A DNA stretch of 64,000 bases from an uncultured Chthonomonadaceae bacterium (GCA_963817895.1 CAWFQB010000006.1:144708-208707), one strand, 5' to 3'; positions 9,172 to 18,919 are shown, counted from the stretch's first letter. Made by a program: numbers and translations. The notes: generated by a model from the letters alone, not told the origin.

Positions 9172-9885
9172 TCACCTAAAGATTGGTTCTCTCTTCCCAA
9201 GATGTGTGGGAACGGGGTGCGTGATATGCGCTTCCAGCCAGGCGTTTTCGATAGCCAGAAATTCGCGCGCCTTGTAGCGGGGCATCACCGCGCCGTAATC
9301 GCGCCGGTCTGCGGGGACGCCCACGACATCCATGCCCAGCGCGCGGGCGGTATACAGGGCGCGGGGCAGATGGTACGCCTGCGTGACCAGAATCGCTTGC
9401 TGTACGCCGAAAATATCGCGCGCCCGATACAGGCTGTCGTATGTGCGGAAACCGGCGTAATCCAGCACAATATCGCGTTTGGGAATGCCCATTTTCAGCG
9501 CGGCCTGCCGCATCGCTTCCGGCTCATTGTGCGTGACCGTGCTGTTGTCGCCGGTCATCAGCAGTTTACGCGCTTTGCCCGTTTTGTACAATTGCGCGGC
9601 GGTGTACACGCGGTCATAGAGAATGGGTGACAATCCGTTGCGCGTGTAACCGGCCCCGAACACAACCACCACCGGGCGGGTGGGAACCGTTTGCAGACTG
9701 TAAAGCAGCGGCCTACCGGTCAGGAAAATATCGGCGTAAATCAGCGCAAGTCCGAGCATAACCGACAGCAAAATGCCGCCTGTGTAGATAAGCCCGCGCC
9801 GGAACCGTCGGGCGCGGGATCGGGCGGCAGGCTGCGTAACAACCGCTTGCGACAATTCGGGCAAGGTGACAACAGCCACGAGCAA
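9172..9885 (-). CDS. sanA: SanA/YdcF-type DUF218 membrane protein
   Basis: 237-aa ORF with an N-terminal TM helix, then VVVFGAGY..G.SPIL.DR...A..LY..GKA.KLLMTGDN....NEP..M...A...GIP..DIVLDYAGFRTYDS, as in SanA. Confidence 0.7.
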   Translation of the reverse strand: MLVAVVTLPELSQAVVTQPAARSRARRFRRGLIYTGGILLSVMLGLALIYADIFLTGRPLLYSLQTVPTRPVVVVFGAGYTRNGLSPILYDRVYTAAQLYKTGKARKLLMTGDNSTVTHNEPEAMRQAALKMGIPKRDIVLDYAGFRTYDSLYRARDIFGVQQAILVTQAYHLPRALYTARALGMDVVGVPADRRDYGAVMPRYKAREFLAIENAWLEAHITHPVPTHLGKREPIFR

Positions 9886-9910
9886 TTCCTTTAGAGCCTA
9901 TTCCAACTGG

Positions 9911-9956
9911 CCCTCAACCCCTAACCCCTTCTCCCAAAGTTGGGAGAAGGGGAACC
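9911..9956. repeat. REP-like hairpin, family CCCTCAACCCC-N-CCTTCTCCC
   Basis: CCCTCAACCCCTAA-CCCCTTCTCCCA-aagt-TGGGAGAAGGGG-AACC. Near-identical copy at 60963-61011, related copies at 41897-41916/42067-42087, half copy at 16796-16814, relative at 19389-19446. Confidence 0.85.
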
Positions 9957-10026
9957 TATCTGGAGAGGCTCTCAGGATTCTATTAAAAGACAGAGGGGTT
10001 ATAGATTGACATAAACAGCGTTACAC

Positions 10027-10524
10027 TTACGATACCTTATCGGAAGCGTTGTCGCCATACAATTTGCCCCCGATGCGTATCACGACTTCGGGAATGTCGC
10101 GGCGTCCCAGAGAAACCGCGTCCCAATCCTGGGGGCCGTCCTGATTGGTGTAGCGTTGCCCGATGTGATCGCAAACGGCGTTCAGAATGTGGACAATATC
10201 ATCTATGCTCATGTCGGGACTCTGATGCGCCACCAGATACAGGTTCGCGCCCCGCGCGCCGATTACCTGCGGCGGCGACTGCGCTATAGTCAGGGCTTCG
10301 GCAAACTCATCGTAAATGCGCTCTTTTTCCGCGTCTGTCAGCGAAGTAAGCAGCGGCCAATCTTCCAGCGCATATTCAATGTAGCAGGCGTTGAAGACAA
10401 CATCTCCCATCGCAAAGAACTCTTCCTCTTCCTCCATCAATTCCCGGTAAAAAGCTTCGTCCGACGATCCATCATGCGGTTCCACAAGGCTTCTCCATTC
10501 GTAATTGGATACAGTTATCTGCAA
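10027..10524 (-). CDS. Acidic hypothetical protein, third gene of the Septu-like operon
   Basis: 165-aa ORF. A TTG start at 10524 lies one nt after the TAA of the upstream HNH gene (..TGG TAA T TTG CAG..). The composition is protein-like (EEEEEFF acidic patch). No family recognised. Confidence 0.45.
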   Translation of the reverse strand: MQITVSNYEWRSLVEPHDGSSDEAFYRELMEEEEEFFAMGDVVFNACYIEYALEDWPLLTSLTDAEKERIYDEFAEALTIAQSPPQVIGARGANLYLVAHQSPDMSIDDIVHILNAVCDHIGQRYTNQDGPQDWDAVSLGRRDIPEVVIRIGGKLYGDNASDKVS

Positions 10525-10525
10525 A

Positions 10526-11335
10526 TTACCAGTTCAAGGCTTCAGGTGCTTCCATAAACAACACCTGCAAGCCGGGGATAAGGGTATACTGCCGCTTCAT
10601 TTCCGCCCATACTGTCGCATGATTGGTTCGACTGACTGAGCGCTGAAAACGCGCCAATTCTTCCGTACTCTTGCCTGCCTGCTTGTTGTTGACATACAAC
10701 TCTAAAATCAGTATGTAGTGTTCGTAAGCGTGTTCGCGTGAGGTTTGCAAATTTTCACGACTGTTCAGGCCGAGAACATCAATCGTGTACTCCGCGCGTT
10801 CCTGCTGAATCGAAGTCAGGTTTGCTGCGGGGCGGAAATTAAAGGTGGCGCGTATATCAAGTTCCATAAAGTGAAGTGGGTCTTCTGTGCGTGGGTTGAT
10901 GAGCAAAGGTTCGCCTGCTTCGGGAGGAACAACAGGCGCTTTCGGTGAACGCGCCAGATTTATCTTTTGCCCAGTCTGCTGCGAGTACACATGAAACCTG
11001 TTCGATTTACCCAGATTACAGGGACTGCAAGCATACAGGTAGTTTTCCCAAACAAACACAAGGTCGGGGTAGAGCGACTTGGGCTTTATATGTTCTATTT
11101 GATTCGGCTGCGAATCCTCACAGTACATGCAGCGCAATGTTCCCGTACAGAGTGATGCAAGTACCCTCCGAACCTCTCTGAAAGCAGAGTTGTTCTCTCT
11201 GTTCTTAGCAGTGAATTCGTTTTTAGCGGCGTCAATTTTCTGAGTGTAGTCAGTAATGGCTTTGATGTTGCGTTGGTACTCGTCGAGACGGCGTTGCGTA
11301 TTTTTAGATAGGGAAGCGTCTCGTAAACGAAGCAT
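10526..11335 (-). CDS. ptuB: PtuB-like HNH endonuclease (TIGR02646-type)
   Basis: ORF 10526..11398. The ATG at 11335 overlaps the TAA of the upstream ATPase (TAATG). HNH core CMYCEDSQPNQIEHIKPKSLYPDLVFVWENYLYACSPCNLGKSN. Confidence 0.7.
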   Translation of the reverse strand: MLRLRDASLSKNTQRRLDEYQRNIKAITDYTQKIDAAKNEFTAKNRENNSAFREVRRVLASLCTGTLRCMYCEDSQPNQIEHIKPKSLYPDLVFVWENYLYACSPCNLGKSNRFHVYSQQTGQKINLARSPKAPVVPPEAGEPLLINPRTEDPLHFMELDIRATFNFRPAANLTSIQQERAEYTIDVLGLNSRENLQTSREHAYEHYILILELYVNNKQAGKSTEELARFQRSVSRTNHATVWAEMKRQYTLIPGLQVLFMEAPEALNW

Positions 11336-12734
11336 TATTTCGCTATGACCTCCCGATCCGTGATGTGCGATGCAGTCGGCATCATGGCGCGAAGCCAATC
11401 CTGTTCCTGTTCTTCGTTTTCATTCAAGCCTTCGTGCAACTCTTTGATGTTCAGCGCCGCCAACCGTTCCACCAAATGCAGTCCTTCTTCCGAGCGTCCA
11501 ACACTGTTTCCAAAAGCCCCTGTGCTGTAAGCATCTAATACGTTGCCGTACAGCAGACGATTTAGTTCCGTCCCGCAAATCATCTCTCCCTGTTCATTCG
11601 TTCCCGGCGTAGGCAGTTTGAACACAGTTGTTGCGGCCTGACAGACGAACGGACTGTGTGTTGTGACAATGAACTGAATGTTCGGAAAATGCTTGCGGAA
11701 CCAGATGCCAATGCGCCGTTGCCATGCCGGATGTAGATGCACGTCTACTTCATCTATAAGAACGACACCAGGTACGACAATTTTTGTGGGATCGGCAGAG
11801 CCAAAATTTCGCCAGCCCCGTAGCAAATAGCTAGTTGCCTGATTAAATCAAAGGTAAGACTTAGAATAGAGCGGTAGCCATCGCTAAGTTCTTCAACATT
11901 GACACGGTATCCATTGCCATCGACAAACTCTACCCCTTTGGTAGAAACCCTCTTGATAGCTACTCCATCTGGCAAAAAATTATCGTGGTTGACAAAATCT
12001 TGGATCGCTGTAAGCAACTGACCTTCTAAGGCATGCGAATTTTCAAGTTGGATAAATCGCAACTCTTTCAGCCACCTCAACGTTTCAGTCAAAGCAACAT
12101 TTTCACCGAAAGCAGTTAAGTGGCGGGCAAGTTTCGGATTGCTATGAAGAGTGTCTTCAAAGTCTTCATCCCCTCCAGAAAAACGTCTGAAGGGTCCATA
12201 GGAAGCGCTAAACCAACCTTTGTTGTTTCCCCACACATGTCTTTGCGAAGTTGATCTATCCTGCTTGCCTGTGCCCCACCCAAGCACAACATTGTTTGAA
12301 GCAATGTTATCATGGTCCTGCTGACGTATAAGCAACATGGTTGCAGAAGGCTTCTTCAAAGTGTTTGTTCGAGACTTAGTTTTGGACCCTTTGTGTACAA
12401 CAACAATAGTTGATGATAATAAAGGTTGCGTCAGAGGTAAATTCCCCTCTCGATTGACAGATGCAAAATAGTCGTAGTCAGGCGCAGCAAGAATATCAAC
12501 TCCAATTTGCCCTATTTGTTTTTCGTGTCTTAACCAGTTACTCCAGTTTTGGCGGAGAGCTAACGCATTAGTAGGGCCAATCAGAGCTAAAGCAAGAGAA
12601 CGAACAAAGGCCGTTTTGCCTGCGCCGTTGTCGCCGAGTATGACGTGCCAGCCTGCCGCCTGATCTTCTTGAATCTGCCATGTCAGGTTGGCGATGGAGC
12701 GCACATTGGTTATGGTTGCGGTTTTAATGTACAT
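11335..12734 (-). pseudogene. ptuA: PtuA-like ABC/AAA_15-AAA_21 ATPase, one frameshift
   Basis: ORF 11754..12734 has Walker A (ILGDNGAGKTAFV) and the signature-like LSDGYRSILSL. ORF 11335..11826 continues with Walker [14 protein letters not shown] and the H-loop TTHSP. The frame switch maps to AAAATTT at 11803-11809 (expected ..[14 protein letters not shown]..). Confidence 0.7.
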
Positions 12735-13059
12735 GTTCTTGCTTGTTTCGGGTTGATAGCGTAAGGCTTGCTGTCAGAATAGCGTGTCTATTGAAAATAC
12801 GTTTCTCACAGGCGTTAATTCGCCGCGCCGCGCCCTTCTCCCTGCCTGCGCAATGAGGAAGATTTACAAGTTTGGCAACCCGAATCGGGACTATTTCTGC
12901 CGTGACATCCGCGTGTTCGGAACCGTTAGAAATTTTGGGAACGCTGTTGACGCTGAGAACGTCAGTTGACATAGATTTGAAAGCGCATTCACTATCCAAA
13001 TGAGAGTGTTATCTTGAACCGTCCTTGAACAACATTTGCATGTTCTGGAGGAGAAACTC

Positions 13060-14235
13060 ATGACATACGAACCAACGACGCGGCGCGAACTGCTGCGAAA
13101 TGTGGGAATTGCCGCCGCAACGGTGACATTAGGCGGCTTGTGGATGGAAGCGGACGCGCAAAATAAGGCAGTCGCCGCGCCGTCTCTGCCCGTCGCTCTG
13201 GCGCGTTGCGAAACTTACGATTTAGGAGTGGTTACGGCGCGGGTGCAAACCCTGCTGGATCAGACGGGCGGCGCGAAAAGGCTGGCATCGGGCAAAACCG
13301 TTGCCATTAAAGTGAACCTGACTGGCAGCCCCATGAACCGCTTTGGCAACCTGCCCGCGTCCCGCTCGTTCCACATTCACCCGAATGTCGTGCTTGCCCT
13401 TGCCACCCTGTTGGACAAAGCGGGCGCGAAGCGTATCCGGTTTGTGGAGGGGACGTACAGCACGCAGCCTATGGAAAAGACGCTGCAAAACTTAGGTTGG
13501 GATTTGGCGGCGTTCAGCGCCCTTCACGCGCCCGTCGAGTATGAAGACACCCGTAATCGCGGCCCCAAACCCTATACGCTGGTGAAAGTGCCGGGTGGGG
13601 GCGATCTGTTCCCCGCGTACCAACTGAACCACTCGTATGCGGACTGCGATACTTACATTTCGCTCGCCAAACTGAAAAACCACGCCACTGCGGGCGTCAC
13701 GCTGTCCATGAAGAACAACTTCGGCATCACGCCCACCGCGCTCTACGGCCAGCACGACCCGAACGAAAACAGCACGTCGGCGCGTATAGACATCTTCCAT
13801 CAGGGCAAGGACAAGCCCGCCGCCGGTCTGCCGCAGGAAGTAGACCCGAACGGCCCGCGCGTTCCAAGCTACCGGGTTCCGCGCCATGTTATGGACGCCA
13901 TCCGCATCCGTCCCATTGATTTCGCGCTGATTGACGGCATTGAAACCGTATCCGGCGGCGAAGGTCCCTGGCTGCCAGAACTGGCCGCGCTACAGCCACA
14001 TCTGCTAATCGCGGGACGCAATCCCGTCTGCACGGACGCCATTGCCACTGTCTGCATGGGCTATGACCCACAGGCCGCGTCCGCAACCGGCCCCTTTCCC
14101 GGTGACAACCATCTCGTTATGGCGGCCAAACACGGATTGGGTACGAACGATCCCAAGCGCATCGAAGTAGTTGGCCTGACAATCGCGCAAGCGCGGCATC
14201 CGTTCAACTGGGAACCGAAGCAGCGCCATACGTAA
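13060..14235 (+). CDS. DUF362 domain protein with Tat signal
   Basis: ORF 13036..14235. The ATG at 13060 follows GGAGGAG. TRRELLRNVGIAAATVTLGG is a twin-arginine signal. VAIKVNLTG and the downstream blocks resemble DUF362. Confidence 0.6.
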   Translation: MTYEPTTRRELLRNVGIAAATVTLGGLWMEADAQNKAVAAPSLPVALARCETYDLGVVTARVQTLLDQTGGAKRLASGKTVAIKVNLTGSPMNRFGNLPASRSFHIHPNVVLALATLLDKAGAKRIRFVEGTYSTQPMEKTLQNLGWDLAAFSALHAPVEYEDTRNRGPKPYTLVKVPGGGDLFPAYQLNHSYADCDTYISLAKLKNHATAGVTLSMKNNFGITPTALYGQHDPNENSTSARIDIFHQGKDKPAAGLPQEVDPNGPRVPSYRVPRHVMDAIRIRPIDFALIDGIETVSGGEGPWLPELAALQPHLLIAGRNPVCTDAIATVCMGYDPQAASATGPFPGDNHLVMAAKHGLGTNDPKRIEVVGLTIAQARHPFNWEPKQRHT

Positions 14236-14543
14236 GGAAGATAGGGAGATAGGGAGATAGGGAGAGGGGGAGATTGGGAACCGCGAAATACGCTAAATAC
14301 ACGAAAAAAGGACAAAAAGAAGAACACAAGGGAAATAGACAGGATTAACAGGATTTTCAGGATTGAACAGGATTATTCGCAAAGGCGTAGGGGCTTAATT
14401 TATCACGCCCGCCTATTATGTTGTTCTTATCCGTGTATATCCGTTTTATCCGTTCCATCCGTGGTGTGCATTTTCATTTTGTCCTTTTTTCGTTTATTTC
14501 GTATGTTTCGCGGTTCCCACTCTCCTTTTCTCCTTTTCTTCCT
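14235..14543. repeat. ~309-bp imperfect palindrome built from tandem 8-9-mers
   Basis: Left arm AGGAAG(ATAGGGAG)x3..GGGAACCGCGAAATACGCTAAATACACGAAAAAAGGACAAAA. The right arm (reverse complement) is AGGAAGAAAAGGAGAAAAGGAGAGTGGGAACCGCGAAACATACGAAATAAACGAAAAAAGGACAAAA. Inner arms (A)ACAGGATT x4 face ATCCGT-type x4. It spans from the TAA at 14233-35 to the stop at 14543-45. Confidence 0.85.
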
Positions 14544-15643
14544 CAAAGCGGTGTACCGGGTTCGGGCCAGCCGTCTGGTGTCCAGATAAGCGGGCGGATT
14601 TGCAGGGTGGGGACGCCATTGGCGGCTTTGTCGTAGTAGTGGTAGGCGAGGTAGTCTGTTCCCGCGTCGCGCATAATGGCGCAATGGCCGGGGCCGATGA
14701 CGTTACCCTGTGAGGCGAGAACGAGGGTTCCGCCGCCGTCTAGCAATGCTTTGCCGTCGCGGTCTGCATACGGGCCTTCGACGTTGGTGGCGCGTCCGAC
14801 GCGGATATTGTACGTGCTGTTGACGCCCCGGCAGCAGAAGTCGAAGGACACGAACAGATAAAAGAATTTGCCGCGCTTGATGAGGAAGGGCGCTTCCATC
14901 GCATCGGGCGAGGGGCGGCGGGCAAGGGCGATCACGCTGTTTTGAGTATTGGCATTTTGGTCAGTGCTTCGATTGCCTGCGGCTGGTGGAAATGGTTTGC
15001 CGGTATGCGCGTCGAGATAGAGGAGTTTGATGCCCGACCAGAACGAGCCAAAGGTGAGCGCGAGTTTATCTTTCGACAGCGGCAGAATGTTGGGATCAAT
15101 GGCGTTGTAATCGTCGTGTTGCGTGGATTCGAAAACCTTGCCCTCATCCGTCCAATGGTATTCTTGACTTGCCGGATCGAGCGTTTTGTTGGAAGCGGTT
15201 CCGATCAGCGAATGGTTTTTGCCGAACGTAGATACGGTGTAGTACAGGTGAAAGCGTCCGTTGTAAAAACTGATGTCGGGCGCCCAGATTCCCCGGCTGT
15301 CCGGCAGTTCCGTTTTGGCCCACGCGGGAACGTTTTCCGCAAACACGCGCCCCATAACTTCCCACTGCTTCAGGTCTTTCGAGCGTCGAAACGGAATCCC
15401 CGGCCCGGTCGCAAACACATAGTAATACGCCCCGTCCCTGATGATGCACGGATCATGTACAAATCGGGCGGTGTTGTTCGGCGCAGATGAATTGCCCGCG
15501 CCGCTTTGCGGAAACGGCGCGGGAACAGGCGCTTGCAACAATGGGAACAGGCAAACCCCAAGCAGAACCGGAAAAGGTTTGTTCAAGGTTTCGGTTCTCC
15601 TACTTTCTTGCGTGGTATGTTTGTGCTTACCACGGCCTGGCAA
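14543..15643 (-). CDS. Glycoside hydrolase family 43 (endo-arabinanase-like)
   Basis: 366-aa ORF. HDPCIIRDG.YYYVF.TG, GIWAPDISFYNGRFHLYY, NAIDPNI, EAPFLIKRGKFFYLFVSFD and GPGHCAI are GH43 five-bladed propeller blocks. Signal peptide LLGVCLFPLLQAPVPA. Start uncertain. Confidence 0.8.
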   Translation of the reverse strand: MPGRGKHKHTTQESRRTETLNKPFPVLLGVCLFPLLQAPVPAPFPQSGAGNSSAPNNTARFVHDPCIIRDGAYYYVFATGPGIPFRRSKDLKQWEVMGRVFAENVPAWAKTELPDSRGIWAPDISFYNGRFHLYYTVSTFGKNHSLIGTASNKTLDPASQEYHWTDEGKVFESTQHDDYNAIDPNILPLSKDKLALTFGSFWSGIKLLYLDAHTGKPFPPAAGNRSTDQNANTQNSVIALARRPSPDAMEAPFLIKRGKFFYLFVSFDFCCRGVNSTYNIRVGRATNVEGPYADRDGKALLDGGGTLVLASQGNVIGPGHCAIMRDAGTDYLAYHYYDKAANGVPTLQIRPLIWTPDGWPEPGTPL

Positions 15644-15927
15644 GCAATCGTAAGCGTATTTAGAATGCGCGAAAAATTGGTATTTCTGTAACGTAGCGGA
15701 ATAACGGACAAGGGAAGGGCTTTGCCCGTGCGCTTCCCTTTAGCAGCGACAGGACGTAACAACGGGCGTGGACCTGGCCCAGTGGCAATCCAGTGGGTCA
15801 GCGAAGTCTCGATATTTCCGTGAGGATGTGCCAGAGTTATAATCACATCTTCTTCTTGAAGTTGGTACGCCATAGAATGTTCTACTATCCCGCGTCAACG
15901 TTATTCTAACACGGAGGGTACAATGAG

Positions 15928-16338
15928 TTACGCGGATGCAGGTGGCATTATAATAATTGTGGGCTTGTTCAGTTCCGAGTCGCTATCAAGCAAATCTATG
16001 ATGTGCTGATACTGGCGCGGTTCCTGGTTCCACGCATCTTCCAATTCCTCTACCTGTACAAAGGCTACCTTCGGATGGTTATTCAGAAGGTACTGCAAAT
16101 AGTTTCTGTCCGCTTCCTGCGCAGAACCGCGTTTCGCCGGACACAAGAAACCGGAACCTGACCCCGAATTGGCTCCGCCGCCGAACGTCAAGCCTCGTTC
16201 CTCGATAGCGTCAACCAGAGCAGACATAAACGCCTGCAACGCCCCACGGTTTTGATGTTCATGGAACTGCCACACAATCAGGAAGCCGAACTCTTGAAAC
16301 TCGTCCCGGTGCAGTTTTTTGCGCAGACGCTTGCGCAT
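15928..16338 (-). CDS. yggL: YggL (DUF469) family protein
   Basis: 136-aa ORF. N-terminus MRKRLRKKLHRDEFQEFGFLIVWQF matches the YggL pattern (RSRRLRKKMHIDEFQELGF..W.F). Confidence 0.75.
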   Translation of the reverse strand: MRKRLRKKLHRDEFQEFGFLIVWQFHEHQNRGALQAFMSALVDAIEERGLTFGGGANSGSGSGFLCPAKRGSAQEADRNYLQYLLNNHPKVAFVQVEELEDAWNQEPRQYQHIIDLLDSDSELNKPTIIIMPPASA

Positions 16339-16819
16339 AAGGGATACTCACCAAAAACTTGTCTCAGTCAGCGCGGACTCTGTTGCCACCCGTCATCTAT
16401 ATCTGCCGCATAAAAGCGATTAAATGTTATTCACAGCCTCGCGCGCGATTTTTCTTTGTTGCGCGCGATTTTTTTGCCTGCGACACTTCTAAAATCGCGC
16501 CTGAGTGTTAATAGAGGGCGCATGAAAAACAGAGTCAGGATATACGAGAGAACACCGAAGGAGGTGAAAGCAGCTGCCTGTCCACTCCCGTTCGCCTTAA
16601 CCACTCGGAGGTCACGACGCCTCTACTTGACAACCGCATATTAGTACAACGGGACATCGTAGCTGAAAGCGCTGCATTGCCACTATTTCGACGCTGTCTC
16701 CCTATATTGCTCCTCTTCCATAAACGCGCCTCCCTCCCCTGGCGCAAGGAAGCGCGTTTGCTTCGCTTTAACGCGCTAATATGAATGCGCGGCAAGGAGA
16801 GGGCCGGGGTGAGGTAAAA

Positions 16820-18919
16820 TTAACCCTCCTCACTCGCGTACTGGTCTTTGAGGCTGGCGAAACTGTTGGGATCGGCGAGCGTGGTGACGTCGCCCGGGAC
16901 GCGGCCTTCGACAACGTCGCGCAGCAATGTTCGCATGATTTTGCCGCTGCGGGTTTTGGGCAGTTCGGGAATTATAATTACGTCGTCGGGGCGGAAGATG
17001 GCGCCGAGTTTCATGGCGACAAACGCTTTCAGTTCGCTGCTCAGGGCTTTAAGAGCGGCTTTATCGTCTTTGTCGGGCGCGCGTCCTTCGCGGATGATGA
17101 CGAACGCGATTGGGACTTGTCCCTTGACCTCGTGCGTTTTGCCGACAAATCCTGATTCCGCCACAGCCGGATGCTCCACAAGCGCGCTTTCCAATTCCAT
17201 CGTGCTGATGTTGTGACCGGCGACGATGATAATGTCGTCTACCCGTCCCAACAGCCAGAAATTGCCGTCCACATCCCGCATCGCGCCGTCGCTTGGGAAA
17301 TACAGGCCGGGAAACGCGCTCCAGTACACCTGTTTGTACCGCTCATCGTTGCCCCACAGCGTTCGCAGCATGGAGGGCCAGGGCTTGCGAATGACCAGAA
17401 TCCCCTTTTTCCCATCGGGAACCGGATTGCCCTTCTCGTCCACCACATCCGCCACAATGCCGGGGAACGGGCGAGTCGCGCTGCCGGGCTGCGTTGTGGT
17501 CAGGCCAGGCAGGGGCGTTATCAGTATCGCGCCCGTTTCCGTCTGCCACCACGTATCCACAATCGGGCAGTTGCCATTCCCGATATGTTCGTGATACCAC
17601 AGCCACGCTTCCGGGTTGATGGGTTCGCCCACGCTGCCCAATAATCGTAAACTCGACAGGTCATGCGCGCGCGGAAACTCATCCCCCCACTGCATACACG
17701 ACCGTATCAGCGTCGGCGCGGTGTACAGAATGGTAATCTTATGCCGCTCAATCATATCCCATAAACGCCCGTTATCAGGCAGGGATGAGGGATGAGGGAT
17801 GAGGGATGAGGCAGGATTATTTTCATCCCTCATCCCTCCGCCCTCATCCCTGCCTTGATCCGGCGCCCCTTCGTACATGAAGACGGTGGCGGCGTTGGAA
17901 AGAGGGCCGTACACGACGTAGGAGTGGCCGGTGATCCAACCGATGTCAGCCGTACACCAGTACAGGTCAGTGTCTTTGATGTCGAAGACCCATTTGAAGG
18001 TGGTGTAGGCTCCGGTGAGATAGCCGCCCGTTGTGTGCAGGATGCCTTTGGGTTTGCCGGTGCTGCCGGATGTGTAGAGGATGAACAGCGGGTCTTCCCC
18101 ATTCATGGGTTCGGGCGGGCAGTCGGGGGAAGCGTTAGCCATCAGGTCATGCCACCACAGATCGCGTCCGGGCTGCATGGTAATATTAGCCTGTTCGCCG
18201 ATACGTTTTAAGACAATCACGTTTTCAACGGTGGGGCAACCCTCCGCCGCTTCATCTGTTGTCTGCTTGAGTGGCGCGATATTGCCATTGCCATCATCGT
18301 CATCGGCAGCGATATGCAGCGCTTTATCAATTGTCTGTTTGAGCGGCACGATCTTGCCCCTGCGCCAGAAACCGTCCGCCGTGATAATGAGTTTGGAACC
18401 GCACTCAACAGTACGGTCTCGCAGGGCTTCGGCGGAAAAGCCGCCGAACACGACGGAATGGGGCGCGCCGATACGGGTACAGGCCAGCATCGCAATCGCA
18501 GCTTCGGGAACCATCGGCATGTACAGCATCACGCGGTCGCCCTTTTGCACATTCAGGCTTTTCAGAACATTGGCGAATTTGTTCACCTCCCGCGACAGTT
18601 CGGCAAACGTGAGCGTTCGGATGTCGCCGGGTTCGCCCTCCCATACGATAGCGCGTTTGTCGCCCCGCGTTTGCAAATGCCGATCCACGCAGTTCGCGCT
18701 GACATTCAGTTGCCCGTCGGCAAACCAGCGGGCATGGGGCGGGTTCCATTCCAGAACGGTTTGAAACGGCGTTGTCCAGGTCAGTTCGCGGGCGCAGTCG
18801 GCCCAGAACGCCTCCGTATCCGCATTGGCTTTGGCGTAAATATCGGGATTGTTGGCGTTGGCCTGCCGCGCGAAATCAGCGGGCGGCGGAAAGGTTTGCG
18901 GCGTTGCATTGGTGGTCAC
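16820..18919 (-). CDS. acs: Acetyl-CoA synthetase (AMP-forming), carrying two in-frame insertions
   Basis: 699-aa intact ORF with [43 protein letters not shown] and [15 protein letters not shown]. It is about 50 aa longer than typical because of insertions at 17780-17857 and ~18259-18402. Confidence 0.95.
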   Translation of the reverse strand: MTTNATPQTFPPPADFARQANANNPDIYAKANADTEAFWADCARELTWTTPFQTVLEWNPPHARWFADGQLNVSANCVDRHLQTRGDKRAIVWEGEPGDIRTLTFAELSREVNKFANVLKSLNVQKGDRVMLYMPMVPEAAIAMLACTRIGAPHSVVFGGFSAEALRDRTVECGSKLIITADGFWRRGKIVPLKQTIDKALHIAADDDDGNGNIAPLKQTTDEAAEGCPTVENVIVLKRIGEQANITMQPGRDLWWHDLMANASPDCPPEPMNGEDPLFILYTSGSTGKPKGILHTTGGYLTGAYTTFKWVFDIKDTDLYWCTADIGWITGHSYVVYGPLSNAATVFMYEGAPDQGRDEGGGMRDENNPASSLIPHPSSLPDNGRLWDMIERHKITILYTAPTLIRSCMQWGDEFPRAHDLSSLRLLGSVGEPINPEAWLWYHEHIGNGNCPIVDTWWQTETGAILITPLPGLTTTQPGSATRPFPGIVADVVDEKGNPVPDGKKGILVIRKPWPSMLRTLWGNDERYKQVYWSAFPGLYFPSDGAMRDVDGNFWLLGRVDDIIIVAGHNISTMELESALVEHPAVAESGFVGKTHEVKGQVPIAFVIIREGRAPDKDDKAALKALSSELKAFVAMKLGAIFRPDDVIIIPELPKTRSGKIMRTLLRDVVEGRVPGDVTTLADPNSFASLKDQYASEEG
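17778..17857. repeat. Imperfect hairpin repeat, (GGGATGA)4 arm, inside the acs coding sequence
   Basis: Plus strand: GGCA(GGGATGA)4GG (17778-17811), a 12-nt AT-rich loop, then TCATCCCTCATCCCTCCGCCCTCATCCCTGCC (17823-17854). On the minus strand it encodes [26 protein letters not shown]. Confidence 0.9.

Noticed and set aside
10027-12999. A retron (reverse transcriptase plus msr/msd) associated with the Septu-like genes
   Set aside because: No RT-like ORF (YxDD motif) lies within or next to the islet. ORF 12724..12999 has poor composition and no motifs.
15583-15873. 96-aa ORF overlapping the 5' end of the GH43 gene
   Set aside because: No family was recognised, its C-terminal third overlaps GH43 in another frame, and it has no clear RBS. 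I cannot exclude a real small gene, but support is insufficient.
16339-16819. 480-bp intergenic region with GCGCGCGATTTTT direct/inverted copies (16441-16500) considered as an ncRNA or operator cluster
   Set aside because: It has only short, low-complexity repeats. I could not recognise a consistent fold or known motif.
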